From: Octopus vulgaris
Taxonomy: Eukaryota
DNA length: 64,000 bases
Direction: 5' to 3'
Assembly (NCBI GenBank): GCA_951406725.2
Contig: OX597819.1
Span: 123,504,001-123,568,000, forward strand
The notes under the pieces are model-generated. The model was not told where the DNA came from. It searched no databases and saw only the letters and a program-made list of their open reading frames with translations. Both the position numbers and the translations under genes were made by a program. Below are positions 44,514-59,039 of the stretch, one piece after another (position 1 is the first letter of the stretch; each line of letters begins with the position of its first letter).

Positions 44514-45842
44514 AGTATATATCTTTATATGCATATATATATCTTTATATATAAAAGTCAAGTTGTGTGTCTATCTCTTACGATTTAGATTCCTAACTAC
44601 TCCCACATTTTGCGGTGCAGTGTAACCAAAACCGGGTATCTTATAGTCGTGATTCATATCGAGCCCTTCTGGGTATTAGCGCGCGTCTACGATGAGTCTA
44701 CGATTTTTAAAAAAATAGTTCAAACGAAATCATAAAATATTTGGGATTTACTTCGCACAAATACGTTAAACGCATGTGTGCTTGCTAATATGTTAATGTG
44801 TAGGTAGACGTCTATGTTTAATATAAACAAATACAGCGGCCTTTCACAATCAAACACAAAACTCTGCATATATAGCATCGAGGAAAAGTAAAGGAAAGTC
44901 AATACATTTAGTCTATTATGACGCTGATTTCCATGTATTATACTTTATTGATATTTATTCTGTTAATACTATAGAGATTAAAATGTTCAGCACATGGAAT
45001 TTTCTGTTAGCATTCGATTACATCCTTAAAGGCAACATTTTTCTCATTTTCAAACATACGACCCACCATGCAAACTGTAAAATAAGACATTAATTGTTAA
45101 TAGAAAATTTCATGAAAATTTTTCTCATTTTCAAACATACGATCCACCATGCAAACTGTAAAATAAGACATTAATTGTTAATAGAAAATTTCATGGAAAA
45201 TTTGTGGTTTTGGTGAAAATAATAGCGAGATTAAGATTTCATCATTTTTTGTATATTAGTAATATGCCAGGAATAAAAGAAATAGTTGAAATTGTATGGC
45301 AAACAACAATATTAATAAAATTCGACAATATAGTCATGCCCACACAACGATAGTCACATAGAAACAAGTGCACAGACATAAAAATATTCATACAGGCAGA
45401 CATACATGCAGACATACAAACACACACACACACATAAATATACATACATATATATTTATAAAAATATAGGCGCATGGTTCCGGGTTCAGTCCCACTGCGT
45501 GGCATCTTGGGCAAGTGTCTTCTACTATAGCCTCGGGCCGACCAATGCCTTGTGAGTGGATTTGGTAGACGGAAACTGAAAGAAGCCGTCGTATATGTGT
45601 ATATATATGTATGTGTGTGTTTGTTTGTATGTCTGTGTTTGTCCCCCTAGCATTGCTTGAAAACCGATGCTGGTGTGTTTACGTCCCCGTAACTTAGCGG
45701 TTCGGCAAAAGAATAAGTCCCGGGTCGAGTTGCTCGATTAAAGGCGGTGCTCCAGCAAGGCCGCAGTCAAACGACTGAAGCAAGTAAAAGAGTAAAAGAG
45801 TAAAAAGTATATATATATATGCATGTATGTCTACATGTCTGC

Positions 45843-45875
<33 letters not shown>

Positions 45876-45937
45876 CATTTATATGTATATATATGTGTGT
45901 GTATATATGTATATATATATGTGTGTGTGTATATATG

Positions 45938-46017
<80 letters not shown>

Positions 46018-46033
46018 CGTGTGTGTGTATGTA

Positions 46034-46984
46034 TACAGGGACTGAACAAGATAATGGAAGCACCCAGCATCATAGCATCAGAAATTTGAAATATCTAGAA
46101 AACCGTTAAATGATTGTTCCTTTTCATGATTTTTGATTTATCATTAGTGTTGCTTAATATGTTCTACTAAAATTGCTGTTTCTTTTCAGATATCTTCTGA
46201 AAAAGGCAATTAAATATTCCTTAAAATAACAGGTCTATCGGACTTACAAAGAGGTCAAACAATTGATGGTCGTATGGCAGGCGCTAGCCTAACGAAAATA
46301 GCCGAAATGTTTGTTGCATCAAAATGTTTGGTGTTTCCCTAGAGCAGTGGGAAAATGTTATTTCGTCGGACGAGTCATCCTTTAACCTATTTCCGACCAC
46401 CTGCCGAGTATACGTGTGGAGACAACAAAAAGAAGCATTTGACCCAGACTGCCTTCTTCCAACTGTTAAACATGGAGGAGGATCTGTGATTATCTGGTGG
46501 TGGGGGCTATATCTTGGAAAACTGCCGGCTCAATGTTTTCCGTTTATAGCAGAATTAATAATTAAGTCTATTGAAGCCTTTTATCAAATCAAGTCATCCT
46601 ATAGTTGCGGTACAGTTTCCGGGGGAAAACGCAATCTATCAGGATGACAATGCACTAATTCACACAGATAAAGTTTTTAATGAATAGCGCCAAGAACATT
46701 CTATCTGACCACCACAGCGCCCAGCCCTCAATATTATTGAAAATTTATGGTGAATTTTAGAAAATCAAGTAAGGAGTCTATATCCTCCACCATCATCACT
46801 ACAAGAACCGGAGACTGTTTTAGCTGAAGAATGGGTAAAACTTCCATCGGAAACAATTCAAACTTTGTTTGAGTCCATACCTCGTAGAATTCCAGCTGTA
46901 ATTACTACCAAAAGCGGTAGAACCATATCGAAATAAATATGTTTGAAATTTTAAGTTGATTCCATTATTTTGTCCAACGCGTAT
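46034..46984 (+). mobile_element. Internally deleted Tc1-like element
   Basis: Degenerate TIRs. Encodes VISSDESSFNLF, PTVKHGGGSV, QDDNA and LNIIENLW. Confidence 0.85.
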
Positions 46985-47021
46985 GTGTGTATACACACAC
47001 ACATATATTTATATATATATA

Positions 47022-47058
<37 letters not shown>

Positions 47059-47220
47059 TATAGGATAGCATTTTTCGAAAAAAATTTTATCAATGGCCAG
47101 CATATTAAAAAATACCGTTAAAGGTTAAATTTATAAACAACTTATAAACAGGGGCAAAAGAAAAAATTTCCAATGCCAAATATGCCGAAACTAGACACAT
47201 CGTCCATAACCATATAATTC

Positions 47221-47281
<61 letters not shown>

Positions 47282-47314
47282 TGAGAAAGTTGGTTTGTGA
47301 AAGCACGTTGTTGA

Positions 47315-47817
<503 letters not shown>

Positions 47818-47836
47818 ATGTATGTATCTTTGTATT

Positions 47837-48116
47837 TACAGGGTGCCTAAGATATGTGAGGACAGATTTCTGTTTATATAAAAAAACAAATATATTATAA
47901 CAGATAACTTTATTTATCAAAATTTACTATGATGATAAAAATGAACCGTGTTTTCTATAGCGTTATTCACTAAAGCCACCTTCATCTTCAACAACTGCTT
48001 TTATATGAGACCTAAATCAGCTCCATGTTAAAATCAAGTGGTCCTGGTTCCTTTTGGATATTACTCTGACTATGCCAACTCTCATAGGATCTTTGTTGTT
48101 ATGGGCATGTTCATTG

Positions 48117-48172
<56 letters not shown>

Positions 48173-48285
48173 AACGCTCCACAAGTAACAGTCCAGTAGA
48201 TTGAGATCTGAGGAATTAGGAGGACAAATTTTAGGGATTATGTTATCATGAAAATGTTTAGCCTTCCATTCCTGTTTTACGAACC
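47837..48285 (-). mobile_element. Tc1/mariner-superfamily 3' fragment
   Basis: CPPNSSDLNLLDCYLWSVVE (WPPNSPDLNP-like) and tacagggtg terminus. Confidence 0.7.
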
Positions 48286-48319
48286 CTTTATATATGCATA
48301 TGTATATGTGTGTGTGTGT

Positions 48320-48825
<506 letters not shown>

Positions 48826-48932
48826 TTGTGTGAAGTGATGAGGCCACATTCAAATTAAATTAAACGTCACACCATGTTAATTTATTAATTTATCAGGAAT
48901 TACGGGGAAATAAATTTGACGAACCAACTTAC

Positions 48933-49064
48933 TCCGATCATACAGTGAATCCTTTGTGTTCCCGCCTGGTGGTACTCTGCAGTAAATTGTCTCACATTTA
49001 AAGTCAAACTTACCAAACCAATATAAATCTTCGATGAAACATACTCCTCCAGTGTATGTACAAT
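48933..49064 (-). CDS. Cys-rich exon B (132 nt, phase 1-1), right copy
   Basis: ttttcttCAG acceptor and A|GTAAGT donor. Encodes CTYTGGVCFIEDLYWFGKFDFKCETIYCRVPPGGNTKDSLYDR. Cys spacing, D, Y, FG and TIYC.VPP are conserved with 20426-20560. Confidence 0.72.
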
Positions 49065-49086
49065 CTGAAGAAAATGCAATTATTAA

Positions 49087-49118
<32 letters not shown>

Positions 49119-49329
49119 TAAATAAATAAATTAATTAATTAATTAATTAATATAATAATATATAAATATAAAAATATACATATATATTTGTATATATATA
49201 TTTAAAATTTATAAGTTTAAATTATTTAAATAATTTTTTAATTTTTAACTTTTATATTTTTAAATTAATTTTATGTATTGGCTTATGTTTTTCACTGTTT
49301 GATTTGCCTAATAGTGGTTTTATCTCTAA

Positions 49330-49398
<69 letters not shown>

Positions 49399-49403
<5 letters not shown>

Positions 49404-49850
49404 GTGTTGGACAAAATAAAGGAAGCACCTAACATCATAGCATCATAATTTTGAAATGTTTATTAAAGCGTCAAAAGTTTGTTTATTTTTATATTTTTTT
49501 ATTTATTATTGGGGTTGCTTAAGCTTAATATGTTTTGCTAAAATTGCTGTTTCTTTTCACATATCATCAGAAAAAGGTTATTAAAATTCATTAAAAACTG
49601 ATAGACTTTCAAATAGGTGAAATCGCCACAGCACGTATGGCAGGCGCTAGCCTAGCGAAAACAACCGAGATATTCGGTGTATCAAGTAGTACTGTCTCAA
49701 AAGTAATGACAGCCTTTGAGAAACAAAATTCCGGAAGGAAACCAAGACTTTCAGATAGGAATCTTCGGATTCTTGCGCGAATTGTTAGAAAGGATCACAA
49801 AATTACAGCTCCCAAAATTACTGCAGAGCTTAATGACCACCTCGAGAATA
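49399..49850 (+). mobile_element. Tc1-like 5' fragment (same family)
   Basis: Same terminus. Encodes MAGASLAKTTEIFGVSSSTVSKV..NSGRKPRLSDR. Confidence 0.8.
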
Positions 49851-50719
49851 CCTAAATTTTAATCGAATGTTAAGCATCTTCCTTCATTGGACGATTTCCA
49901 CCATCAACTGTTTTGCATATGCAGCTTTCGCCTATTTTGAACAGAACATCACTGCAGTTATGAGTGTTTCATTCCATCAGAGGCTTTGCACAGTTATAGA
50001 TTCTGAAAAACAATTTTGTAGAAAGGTTTCTACATTTTTTCTCCTCATGGTCACTTTATCCACTTACATCCATAATTAATTCTCTATATGTTAGAAAAGT
50101 TTACGAAACAAAATTACTATATTTATAGGCGTAGGAGTGGCTGTGTGGTAAAGAGCTTGCTTACGAACCACATGGTTCCGGGTTCAGTCCCACTGCGTGG
50201 CACCTTGGGCAGGTGTCTTCTACTATAGCCTCGGGCCGACCAAAGCCTTGTGAGTGGAATTGGTAGACGGAAACTGAAAGAAGCCCGTCGTATATATGTA
50301 TATATTTGTATGCATGTCTATGTTTGTGTGTCTGTGTTTGTCCCCCTAGCATTGCTTGACAGCCGATGCTGGTGTGTTTATGTCCCCGTTACTTAGCGGT
50401 TCGGCAAAAGAGACCGATAGAATAAGTACTGGGCTTACAAAAGAATAAGTCCCGGGGTCGAGTTGCTCGATTAAAGGCGGTGCTCCAGCATGGCCGCAGT
50501 CAAATGACTGAAACAAGTAAAAGAGTATAGTCACTTTATCCACTTACATCCATAATTAATTCTCTATATGTTAGAAAAGTTTACGAAACAAAATTACAAT
50601 ATTCTCACTAATAAATGTAGAAAATGTGAGTATTTACACATTAAAAAGAAAACATTACATGACTTGTCTGTTATGCAAAATGAGAAGAAAATATATTTCA
50701 ATTACTAATTTTTACTTAC

Positions 50720-50842
50720 AGTTTCTCATAGTTTTCGTTACTGTGTTCATACATGTTATCACTTTACATTTTTCCAATGGACGTATACGAGTATCCTTGT
50801 CACCACAAAAGCAACTTCTATGATAGTAACATACTGGACAAC
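50720..50842 (-). CDS. Cys-rich exon A (123 nt, phase 1-1), right copy
   Basis: cttctttaaCAG acceptor and T|GTAAGT donor. Open frame (G)CPVCYYHRSCFCGDKDTRIRPLEKCKVITCMNTVTKTMRN. All six Cys are present in the paralog at 24569-24686. Confidence 0.7.
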
Positions 50843-51073
50843 CTGTTAAAGAAGTTCATTTATAACGGCTGAAAAGACAGGTTAGTTTCATTTTTCACGA
50901 TATGGCTCAGTGGTTTAGCAAATGTAGTCTAGTATAAATTCTGCTTAAATTAAATTCCTTTAATTATGATATAAGATTACTAGAACTCAGGGAGTTTCAT
51001 AAGTGTGTGAATGACGAAAAGACTCGAGATCTGAGGCCAGAAGAGCGGACAAAATATTCCCCTGGTTGTCTTT

Positions 51074-52671
51074 CATCAAATTGGCTATGCAGCCTTACAA
51101 AGATGTAGCTGTGGACTGGACAAAGGCACAATGATAATGGAATGAAAAAAAGGGTTGGTGGGAGAAGCAGAAAACGCCCGCCGATTGCTGCTTCTCGAAA
51201 ACATAGTTCTCTGGGTTTTTTCAACAACACAAAATGAGGAATTAAACCTCTTACCACAGTTCAAAGAATGGACGCAATCGTCCTTACAAATTGAGGCGCT
51301 GAGCCTCTTACCAAAAAATAAAAATTCAATTTCAAATCGAGGCACAAAGGCCTTTTACCTTTCCGAACAAATCGAGGCACTAAGGTGTTTTACCTTTCCG
51401 ACCAGGTAATATGTCTCCGCAGGCAATCCTGCAGTTCTAAGCCGGAGCCCCAGAAAGCATAACTCTATTGGTCCTTGGGAAATGAGTCCATCACATTTCC
51501 CATTATGACCTCCGCAAGTAACTGTGGAGGCCAATCCGGGTCTTCAGTACAGGACAGGACCCCACCTTCAGCCCTCTAGCTTCTTGACAAAGCTCTGTAC
51601 AGCCCCTCCCTTATAAAAGAAGATCACAAAATTATCCTTTATCATAATGGGAAAGGCCACAGTTTCCTCCGTCGGTGGCACAAATTCCACCGACGAGCTT
51701 TCGAGACATGCCGGCAATGTACTATGAACCGCCGGCACTGTCCCATTCTTCTTTTTTTTCTCCCTTGTGCTATGGAAGGGAGTGGTTCTCCCGCTTTATC
51801 CGGCTGATCTTCCCTCCCTTCCGGTCATTTTCAAAAAATCTGGAAATACCAGATCTTTAGAAGCTGATTGGGTCCATAGGTTCAAAACTACTTTTAACCC
51901 CCACCCAATCAGCCGCCGGCAGCAATTTCACGTTTAAAAGCTTGGGCCCGCTGCCACCCAGGCCCCGGCGGATAGTGTTCTCTATCTATTCCTGTTCAAT
52001 GCCCGGTGGCAGCCCACAGACCCAAGTTCTTGTTAATTTCCTCCCACAATATGTGGGAAGAAACAATTTGCGAACCACCTCAGGGGTGTCAAATGTCAAC
52101 CACACCCTTGCATATTTAGCACCCCTGGAAATAAATTTAATAGTTGGCAGATACTCTGCCAACTCTTTTTCTATATCTATCTTAGGAAAGACAGCGTTCT
52201 TTCCCTAAGTTTTTTAGCCATTGCTTGGGTGGGATGATTTCCCACTCCAATGCAGTGTTCAATTTCTTCGCCATACTTTGAAGATAAAGTTCAGAAAACA
52301 GTTCAAAAAAGAGATAACAAAAGTCCAAACAAAGTCAAAAAACAGTTCGAAGGAAGACTAAGAAGGGCAGAAAGACAAAGAAGAGAAAAAGAAAGAAGGA
52401 AGACAGTTCAAAATACGGCAACACACAATTCCAGCCGACCTGAACTCCTGGCCAACAGGTACTCCAAAAGGTACTCCGAAAGTGAACAGCGATACAGCAG
52501 CAGAAATACCGCTTCAAATATAAAAAACGCCACAAATTGGTAAAAATTCAGAAATTTTTCAAAAAAACTTTCACAATTTTTGGAGGCGGGATACGCCCCC
52601 AAAACAACACAATTGAGACAGCGTGACGATAGGTAGACAAATGCCTCGGAAATCAGTAGGGATTTCTTGTT
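51074..52671 (-). mobile_element. GC-richer insertion, probably a decayed L1/Tx1-type 5'UTR/ORF1 fragment, in a gene intron
   Basis: Flanked by ccct(g/a)gttgtcttt at 51060-51073 and 52672-52685. Absent at the paralogous site ~25125. Family assignment is tentative. Confidence 0.55.
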
Positions 52672-53226
52672 CCCTAGTTGTCTTTGTTGCTAACCAAGAG
52701 ACCGATAAGAAGCTGAAGCAAATTTGGGCATTAAGGGTGCCGGATGATTAGCGAACGGCATCTAGAAAAGCGAGATAATTAATTTCCAGACAAATATAGT
52801 ATTTAGTAGACAAATCTGTAACTTTAAATTTTTCGACTATATCAGTATCGTCTGAGTGAATTTTTATAGTATTTTCCTTTCAATTTCGCTTCGTATTTTC
52901 ATTCATTTTCCTTAAATATTTCTCATTAAAACGTGCTATTTACGCAAAAGAACGAAGGTTAATGTTTTAATCCAGAATATGTTGTTGATAATTGTACATG
53001 TTAATTCTGTAATAGAACTTTAGATGATGGGGATCGATAAGTTAACAATTTTTACTTGAAAGGTCCAGTAACTAAGAGGGGTGAAATTTTCATGGATATG
53101 TCTGAAAATTATTTTGCATGCTGCATGGAAAGAAGACATGGAGGCTTTAAATGAGAGTATATCAGGATCTTATACACTCATCATGTTGATTATCAAAGAT
53201 GAAGATTTAAGAATATTGGAGCTTAC

Positions 53227-53296
53227 CTGCTGGAAGATTCGCAACACCTTTGGGAAGATTTAGAAGGAGGAACAAGGTTACCGGTAATGCATACAT
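53227..53296 (-). CDS. Signal-peptide exon (70 nt, ATG to phase 1) of candidate secreted Cys-rich protein, right copy
   Basis: Acceptor ttctttactaacAG, then ATG, then CAG|GTAAG donor. Encodes MYALPVTLFLLLNLPKGVANLPA. Same length and frame as the paralog at 25713-25782, with synonymous changes (ACT/ACC, TTA/TTG) and a retained hydrophobic core. Confidence 0.7.
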
Positions 53297-55693
53297 CTGT
53301 TAGTAAAGAAGCACAAATAAAATATCTCATTATATTCCGTATTTCTTTAATATTGTTGCTGCTGTAATTCCTACGAAAAGTCGATTATGTAAACAATATT
53401 AACATTTAGGGGTCGACTCGATCATTACGGATAAAATACAGAAGTATGTCACAGTGGCCTACCCAGAATACCGGGGTATTGTACTGATGTTGAGGGAAGT
53501 TATAGAGCTGTGCACGGTATATAGAATCGCGTAAAATACTTTGTTTAGAGCCGCGTGTTCCAGAATAAAGAACAGAATGTCTACTTCGCTTAGTAATTTA
53601 TATTAAATCTTGTTTAGCCCAGTGGCAATATTCTCAAAATTTAAATGGAACATTGGAGACATATTTGTGAAAGTGATTTGACATGAGACAGTGTGATGAA
53701 TCTAAATCAACATCACCTGGAAGCCACATATTAACCATTCCAAAAACACACTAACACTCTTAATTTTAATAAAGCATTTATTATTTGTGTCAAAATTTTC
53801 GTCGCAATAATGGCGACCTGGACACTCAGGCATTCCCATTGGTTCAAAAGTGACAATTCACAGTGGAGTACGTAATGGAAATAATACAAAACCTTCGGCT
53901 TTGCACAACAAAGGCAGCCTGTTACAAGCCATTGAAAAACATTTTAACTGAATCCACGATACAAAAAAATATTGATAACCCTTTCTTGTAAACGTACAAT
54001 TGAAGAAACTTTTAGAAAGGGAGCTACAGCATTCAGATGCTGCTTATTTTTTGACAATGTAATTCGCTTCGAAATGTAACGAAATTATAACATTTCATTG
54101 AAAAAAAATGTAGCACAAGACAGCCGACCATAAATACAATAAATGAATCCATAAATTACAACAAAACATAATATAACTCTCCAGACAAGAAAGAAAATTA
54201 GAATTCAAGACAAAGAAAATGAAAACACAGATTACAGTAGAAAGTTAAGAATGGGAAGTGTCTAAAAGAAACCTTGAATACAAAGCGCGCATAAGTATTT
54301 GGTTTTATTGCGTTAACTGTTGTTATAAAATAAGTTGAAGGCCAGAAATGTTGTGGGGGAGACAAGTTGATTATTTGCTCAAGTGGTCCTTATTTCATGA
54401 ATCCCAAATGGATGAAAAGCAAAGTTCAAAATGAACTCAGAACGTTAAGATGGCTCAAAATGCTGCTAAGCATTTTGTACGTTGTGCTAACGTTTCTGCC
54501 ACAAAGCCACCTTAGATTGATATAATACTCTTTTGTATTGTAGGCACAAGGCCTGAAATTTTGGCGAAGAGATTAAATCGATTACGCCGACCCTAGTACA
54601 CATCTGTTACTTATTTAATCCACCCTGAAAGGTTGAAAAGCAGAGTCGATCTCGGACGAATTTAAACTCAGAATGTAGCGATATACAAAATACATATTTC
54701 TTTACTACCCACAAGGGGCTAAACACAGAGATGACAAACAAGGACACAAAAACGGATTAAGTCGATTATATCCACCCCAGTGCGTAACTGGTCCTTAATT
54801 TATCGACCCCGAAAGGATGAAAGGCAAAGTCAACCTCGGCGGAATTTGAACTCAGAACGTAGCGGCAGACGAAATATAACTGCTAAGCATTTCGCCCGGC
54901 GTGCTAACGTTTCTGCCAGCTTGCCGCCTTACGGATTCTTATGATAAAAAACTAGGCAACAAATTGACGTTTCTGAATACGCGGCATCAAGATAACTGCG
55001 TTGGAAACAATAAAATACATTTTGATTTTTCTCCCAATGAAAAATAGATCTACTTGAATATTGTATTTTTCGCTCACACCTGTGTCTCACGTGTGAAAAA
55101 TCTTTTACACTTTCTTATGAACACTGAAGTAATATTCTAAAATCGTTTCGGAGATGTAGAAGACACTGAAACTACCTCTGTATGCAACTGAGTAAAAATT
55201 AGAGCTTTTAAATACGGCGAGCTGGCAGAAACGTTAGCGCGCCGGGCGAAATGCTTAGCGGTATTTCGTCTGCCGCTACGTTCTGAGTTCAAATTCCGCC
55301 GAGGTCGACTTTGCCTTTCATCCTTTCGGGGTCGATAAATTAAGTACCAGTTACGCACTGGGGTCGATGTAATCGACTTAATACCTATGTATGTCCTTGT
55401 TTGTCCCTTCTGTGTTTAGCCCCTTGTGGGTAGTAAAGAAATAGGTATTACGTCTTACTTGTTTCACGGAGGTTGGTGACGCTGGAGCACCGCCTTGGAG
55501 TGGTTAGGAGATATTTTCTAAGACAAAACGTATTATTTTCAAGCCCGGTGTATATTCTTTCCATCCGTTCGACCGAACCACTACGTTGAGTGGTCTTGGT
55601 CAAAGCAACACCAGTTGCCAATGGTGCTGGTGTTGTGGGTGCAAACTCAGATATAAACGCAAACTTACGCCTCGCCCACCGCATATCTATCAA

Positions 55694-55734
<41 letters not shown>

Positions 55735-55766
55735 CCACACAAACAAACAAACACACACACACAAAC

Positions 55767-55878
<112 letters not shown>

Positions 55879-55879
55879 G

Positions 55880-56032
55880 GCGGGGAATTCACAAAAAGAC
55901 AAAAGACGAAGACAGGTGGCGTAGACAACAGACAGATGTATTAGTATAACGCTCGGAAAGTGAAAAAGTCTTTAACGTTTCGAGCCTACGCTCTTCCACA
56001 GCCAGCAACACAAAAAGAACCAAGGAGAGAAA
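55880..56032 (-). mobile_element. Same short repeat family, opposite orientation (motif 55968-56001)
   Basis: Reverse complement reads ctgtggaagagcgtaggctcgaaacgttaaagac. Confidence 0.55.
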
Positions 56033-56977
56033 ATGGGGTTTTTTACAGTGTCCATCTACAAAATTCTCTTATAAGTCATTGCTTGGTCCGTGGGTTTAGT
56101 CGATGTTACATGCAATGGGACCGAGCCTGGAACAAAATGGTTACAAATCAATGCCTGCGCCTATGTTAATCATAGTGTCACACTAAATAATCATTGAAAC
56201 ATGAAATGGTTACCACTTTTGGTGAAAAGGATGAATTTGATATCCTTGTTGGTAACACATTTCTTGGGGAATCTCTGATGTCCTTATTTTCTGGAAGGGC
56301 ACCAGATTCATTAATCGTCGAAAATTATTTTGCCTTACATCAAAGACCTGCTCGAAGTGTAATCATAATTCTTGCTTTTTCTTTCCGATACAAGACTTAT
56401 GCTTTTATTCCTTTACATGTTTTGAGACATTGGACTGTGGGTAGAGAGGAAAATTGAAGGAAAATATGGAAAGCTTCACGAATATGGGTATCTTTCTTAC
56501 GCAGAGATTACGATAATTGTCTGTACAGCGTTTCAATTTTAGTATAAGTACTCTCGAAGTAAGTACGCAAATTAACTTTAAAGATAGCGATACGAAAATG
56601 TCTTTAGGAGCCGGACAATATGATAGGCAGCATTTCTTCCGTCAGTTCAAATTTGTTTTCGCCTCTCATCTTTTCGCAGTAAATATAATAAATACCAGTT
56701 TCTCACTGGGGTTAATGTAATCGACACTCAAATTTCTCAAATGCTTATTAATTTTGTACCTTCGTTGTGAAAACACAGAACTGCCATTGTGTTCATCTTA
56801 TTAGATAAATATCCTGGGATTTGAGGTACTTTTTTTTCTGGAATTTAAGGTCTTTTTAGCATCGGTTATTAACACCACGGGATTAACTTTACAAACAGTT
56901 ACAATTGCAGTTACACATATTGATATATTAACACACACGCATACAAAACATCTATACAGATAGACTAATTAAGTTAT

Positions 56978-57051
<74 letters not shown>

Positions 57052-57962
57052 GTATACGTCCATATGCATAAGGATTAATTCAAATGAAAAGTATTATATT
57101 CGAAGCAAAGTAAACTAGGTGTGAGAGAGTAGGTCGTAGGTCGTAGATGTGTGAAAAAAATTCTGAAATTTCATCAAATAAATCAAATTTTAGTTTACTA
57201 TATTTTTGCGCTAGTAATTAACTACATTGATTCGAAAATCTCAATTAAACGTATAAGAACAAAATATAATAGCGACATAATGATTCGAATCAGCATCATT
57301 CTGATAGAGAATTTCCCAGTCACACATATTTCGACAGATTGCATGCACAGCTCTTTTGTCTCACGTGTCGGTTTTCAATAGCCACCAGTTCCATTTCAGT
57401 ACCAATAAATAAATAAATGAATAAACGCGAATCCCTTGATCAATCTCTTGCAGGAAAGGTTAGAAAAGAAATGCATGAGTCGCGCATGATTCTAACAAAA
57501 AAAAAAGCTATTTTCAAAGACATGAATTTTCAGTATGAGGATGTAAATTAGAGAGTATACACGTTTTGCTGGACCTCCTAGAAATATCAAACAAGCCTTC
57601 CCAATATCGTACGTTAATTCATAAATCATAAAGGAAAGATTATGACTGAAAAAATGTAGATCTGTCGTCCAGGAATAGAATATATTTTGATCATAGACCT
57701 TTTTGTTAATCCCTCATGTAAATTAAACAACGATAATAATTATTTGAAAAACGTATTCCACATTTGACTTCGAGTGGAATTTCACGCGAAATAGATTCGA
57801 TATTATTGTAAAATAATTAAAACATGTTTATATTCAAAATGAAAGGTAATTAATATTAGAGCCATATGTGTTGGGATTAATTATAATAGTACTTTACGAC
57901 ACATTTTATAAACAAAATGAAAAATAATCAATTCACAATTTGCTGCTAGATATGTAACGTAC

Positions 57963-57982
57963 CTCGAATTTCTGAATGAGAT
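57963..57982 (-). other. Micro-exon paralog (20 nt), right copy a
   Basis: ttttCAG|atctcattcagaaattcgag|GTACGT. Confidence 0.45.
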
Positions 57983-58589
57983 CTGAAAATTCTTTGACAA
58001 AATGAAATTAACAAGTGTTGCAAACTTTTATCTGAGTTTGAGTTTATGTAACATGCAGCCGCCGCATGTGGTGTATGGAAACCGTAAACATGCATTCGCT
58101 GCATGAATTTCTGATTTATAGTTAAAATACAAATAGGTTTTAGGTTTGCAATGCAATGTTCATTGTTAGTTTTACTACTGGCGTTCAGCACTAATTTATG
58201 AGCGACATACAACTCGACAAATAACACAGGAAATGTAAGAAAATTAGGACAAAAGAATTCAAAATCATTTGGTAATGGGAGCGAAGGCCCAATTAGGAAA
58301 TTCCATATGGGAACATATAATCCAATGTATTATATTTAAGATTGTAGGTAGATATTTTCCGTGAATATTTGTTGTAACTATAGCAAATTCCATCTGGGAT
58401 CATATAATATGAAGTATTATCTATTTAAGATAGTAGGGTGGTATTTTACATGATTCTTGGTTGTAAATCTAGCAGGTGGAACATGACGTTATGAATGAGT
58501 GATTCACTAAAGTACTCGGGCTTCCTATCCACGGAAACATAATTTCACCTCCCCATTCAATTGCTAAAATGTAAGATTCATACATGGGA

Positions 58590-58944
58590 AGCAAATTTTC
58601 ATACAGCTTGTACAAATACAAAATCTCTCGTGGAAGCACCATCCAACCAAAATGCAAATATATGGGGAAACTACCACCTGTGTCATCTCTTGTGAAAGGT
58701 AGGAGAGTCCAGTTTGCTGGACATTGTTGTAGAGCTGAAAACGAGGTAATTTCTACTCTTCTCCTCTGGAAGCCATCTCCTCGCAATACCAGAGGGCGCA
58801 CACTCTCCTACCCTGATGTAATCTCCAGGAATACAGGCATCCAGCAACAGGACCTCCGTAATGCTATGATGGACCGTGAAGTCTGGCGTAGCATGGTAAA
58901 TTCCATTGTCTCGACCACGGTCGAACAATGATGATGATGATGAT
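58590..58944 (+). mobile_element. RTE-group LINE 3' end with (TGA)n tail
   Basis: RRVQFAGHCCRA..LLLWKP..AMMDREVWR. Absent from the paralogous segments. Confidence 0.85.
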
Positions 58945-59019
58945 TGTTGAGATGACACACTGCATCCTTTCTTTTTTCATCCCCAAGAAAACCAACATTG
59001 ACAATATGATGTAACTTAC

Positions 59020-59039
59020 CTCCAAATTCTGAATGAGAG
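59020..59039 (-). other. Micro-exon paralog (20 nt), right copy b
   Basis: ttttCAG|ctctcattcagaatttggag|GTAAGT. Confidence 0.45.

Noticed and set aside
45037-45196. ~80-bp tandem duplication (others at ~51335-51400 and ~58290-58465)
   Set aside because: Two-copy head-to-tail duplications without spacers; not CRISPR-like.
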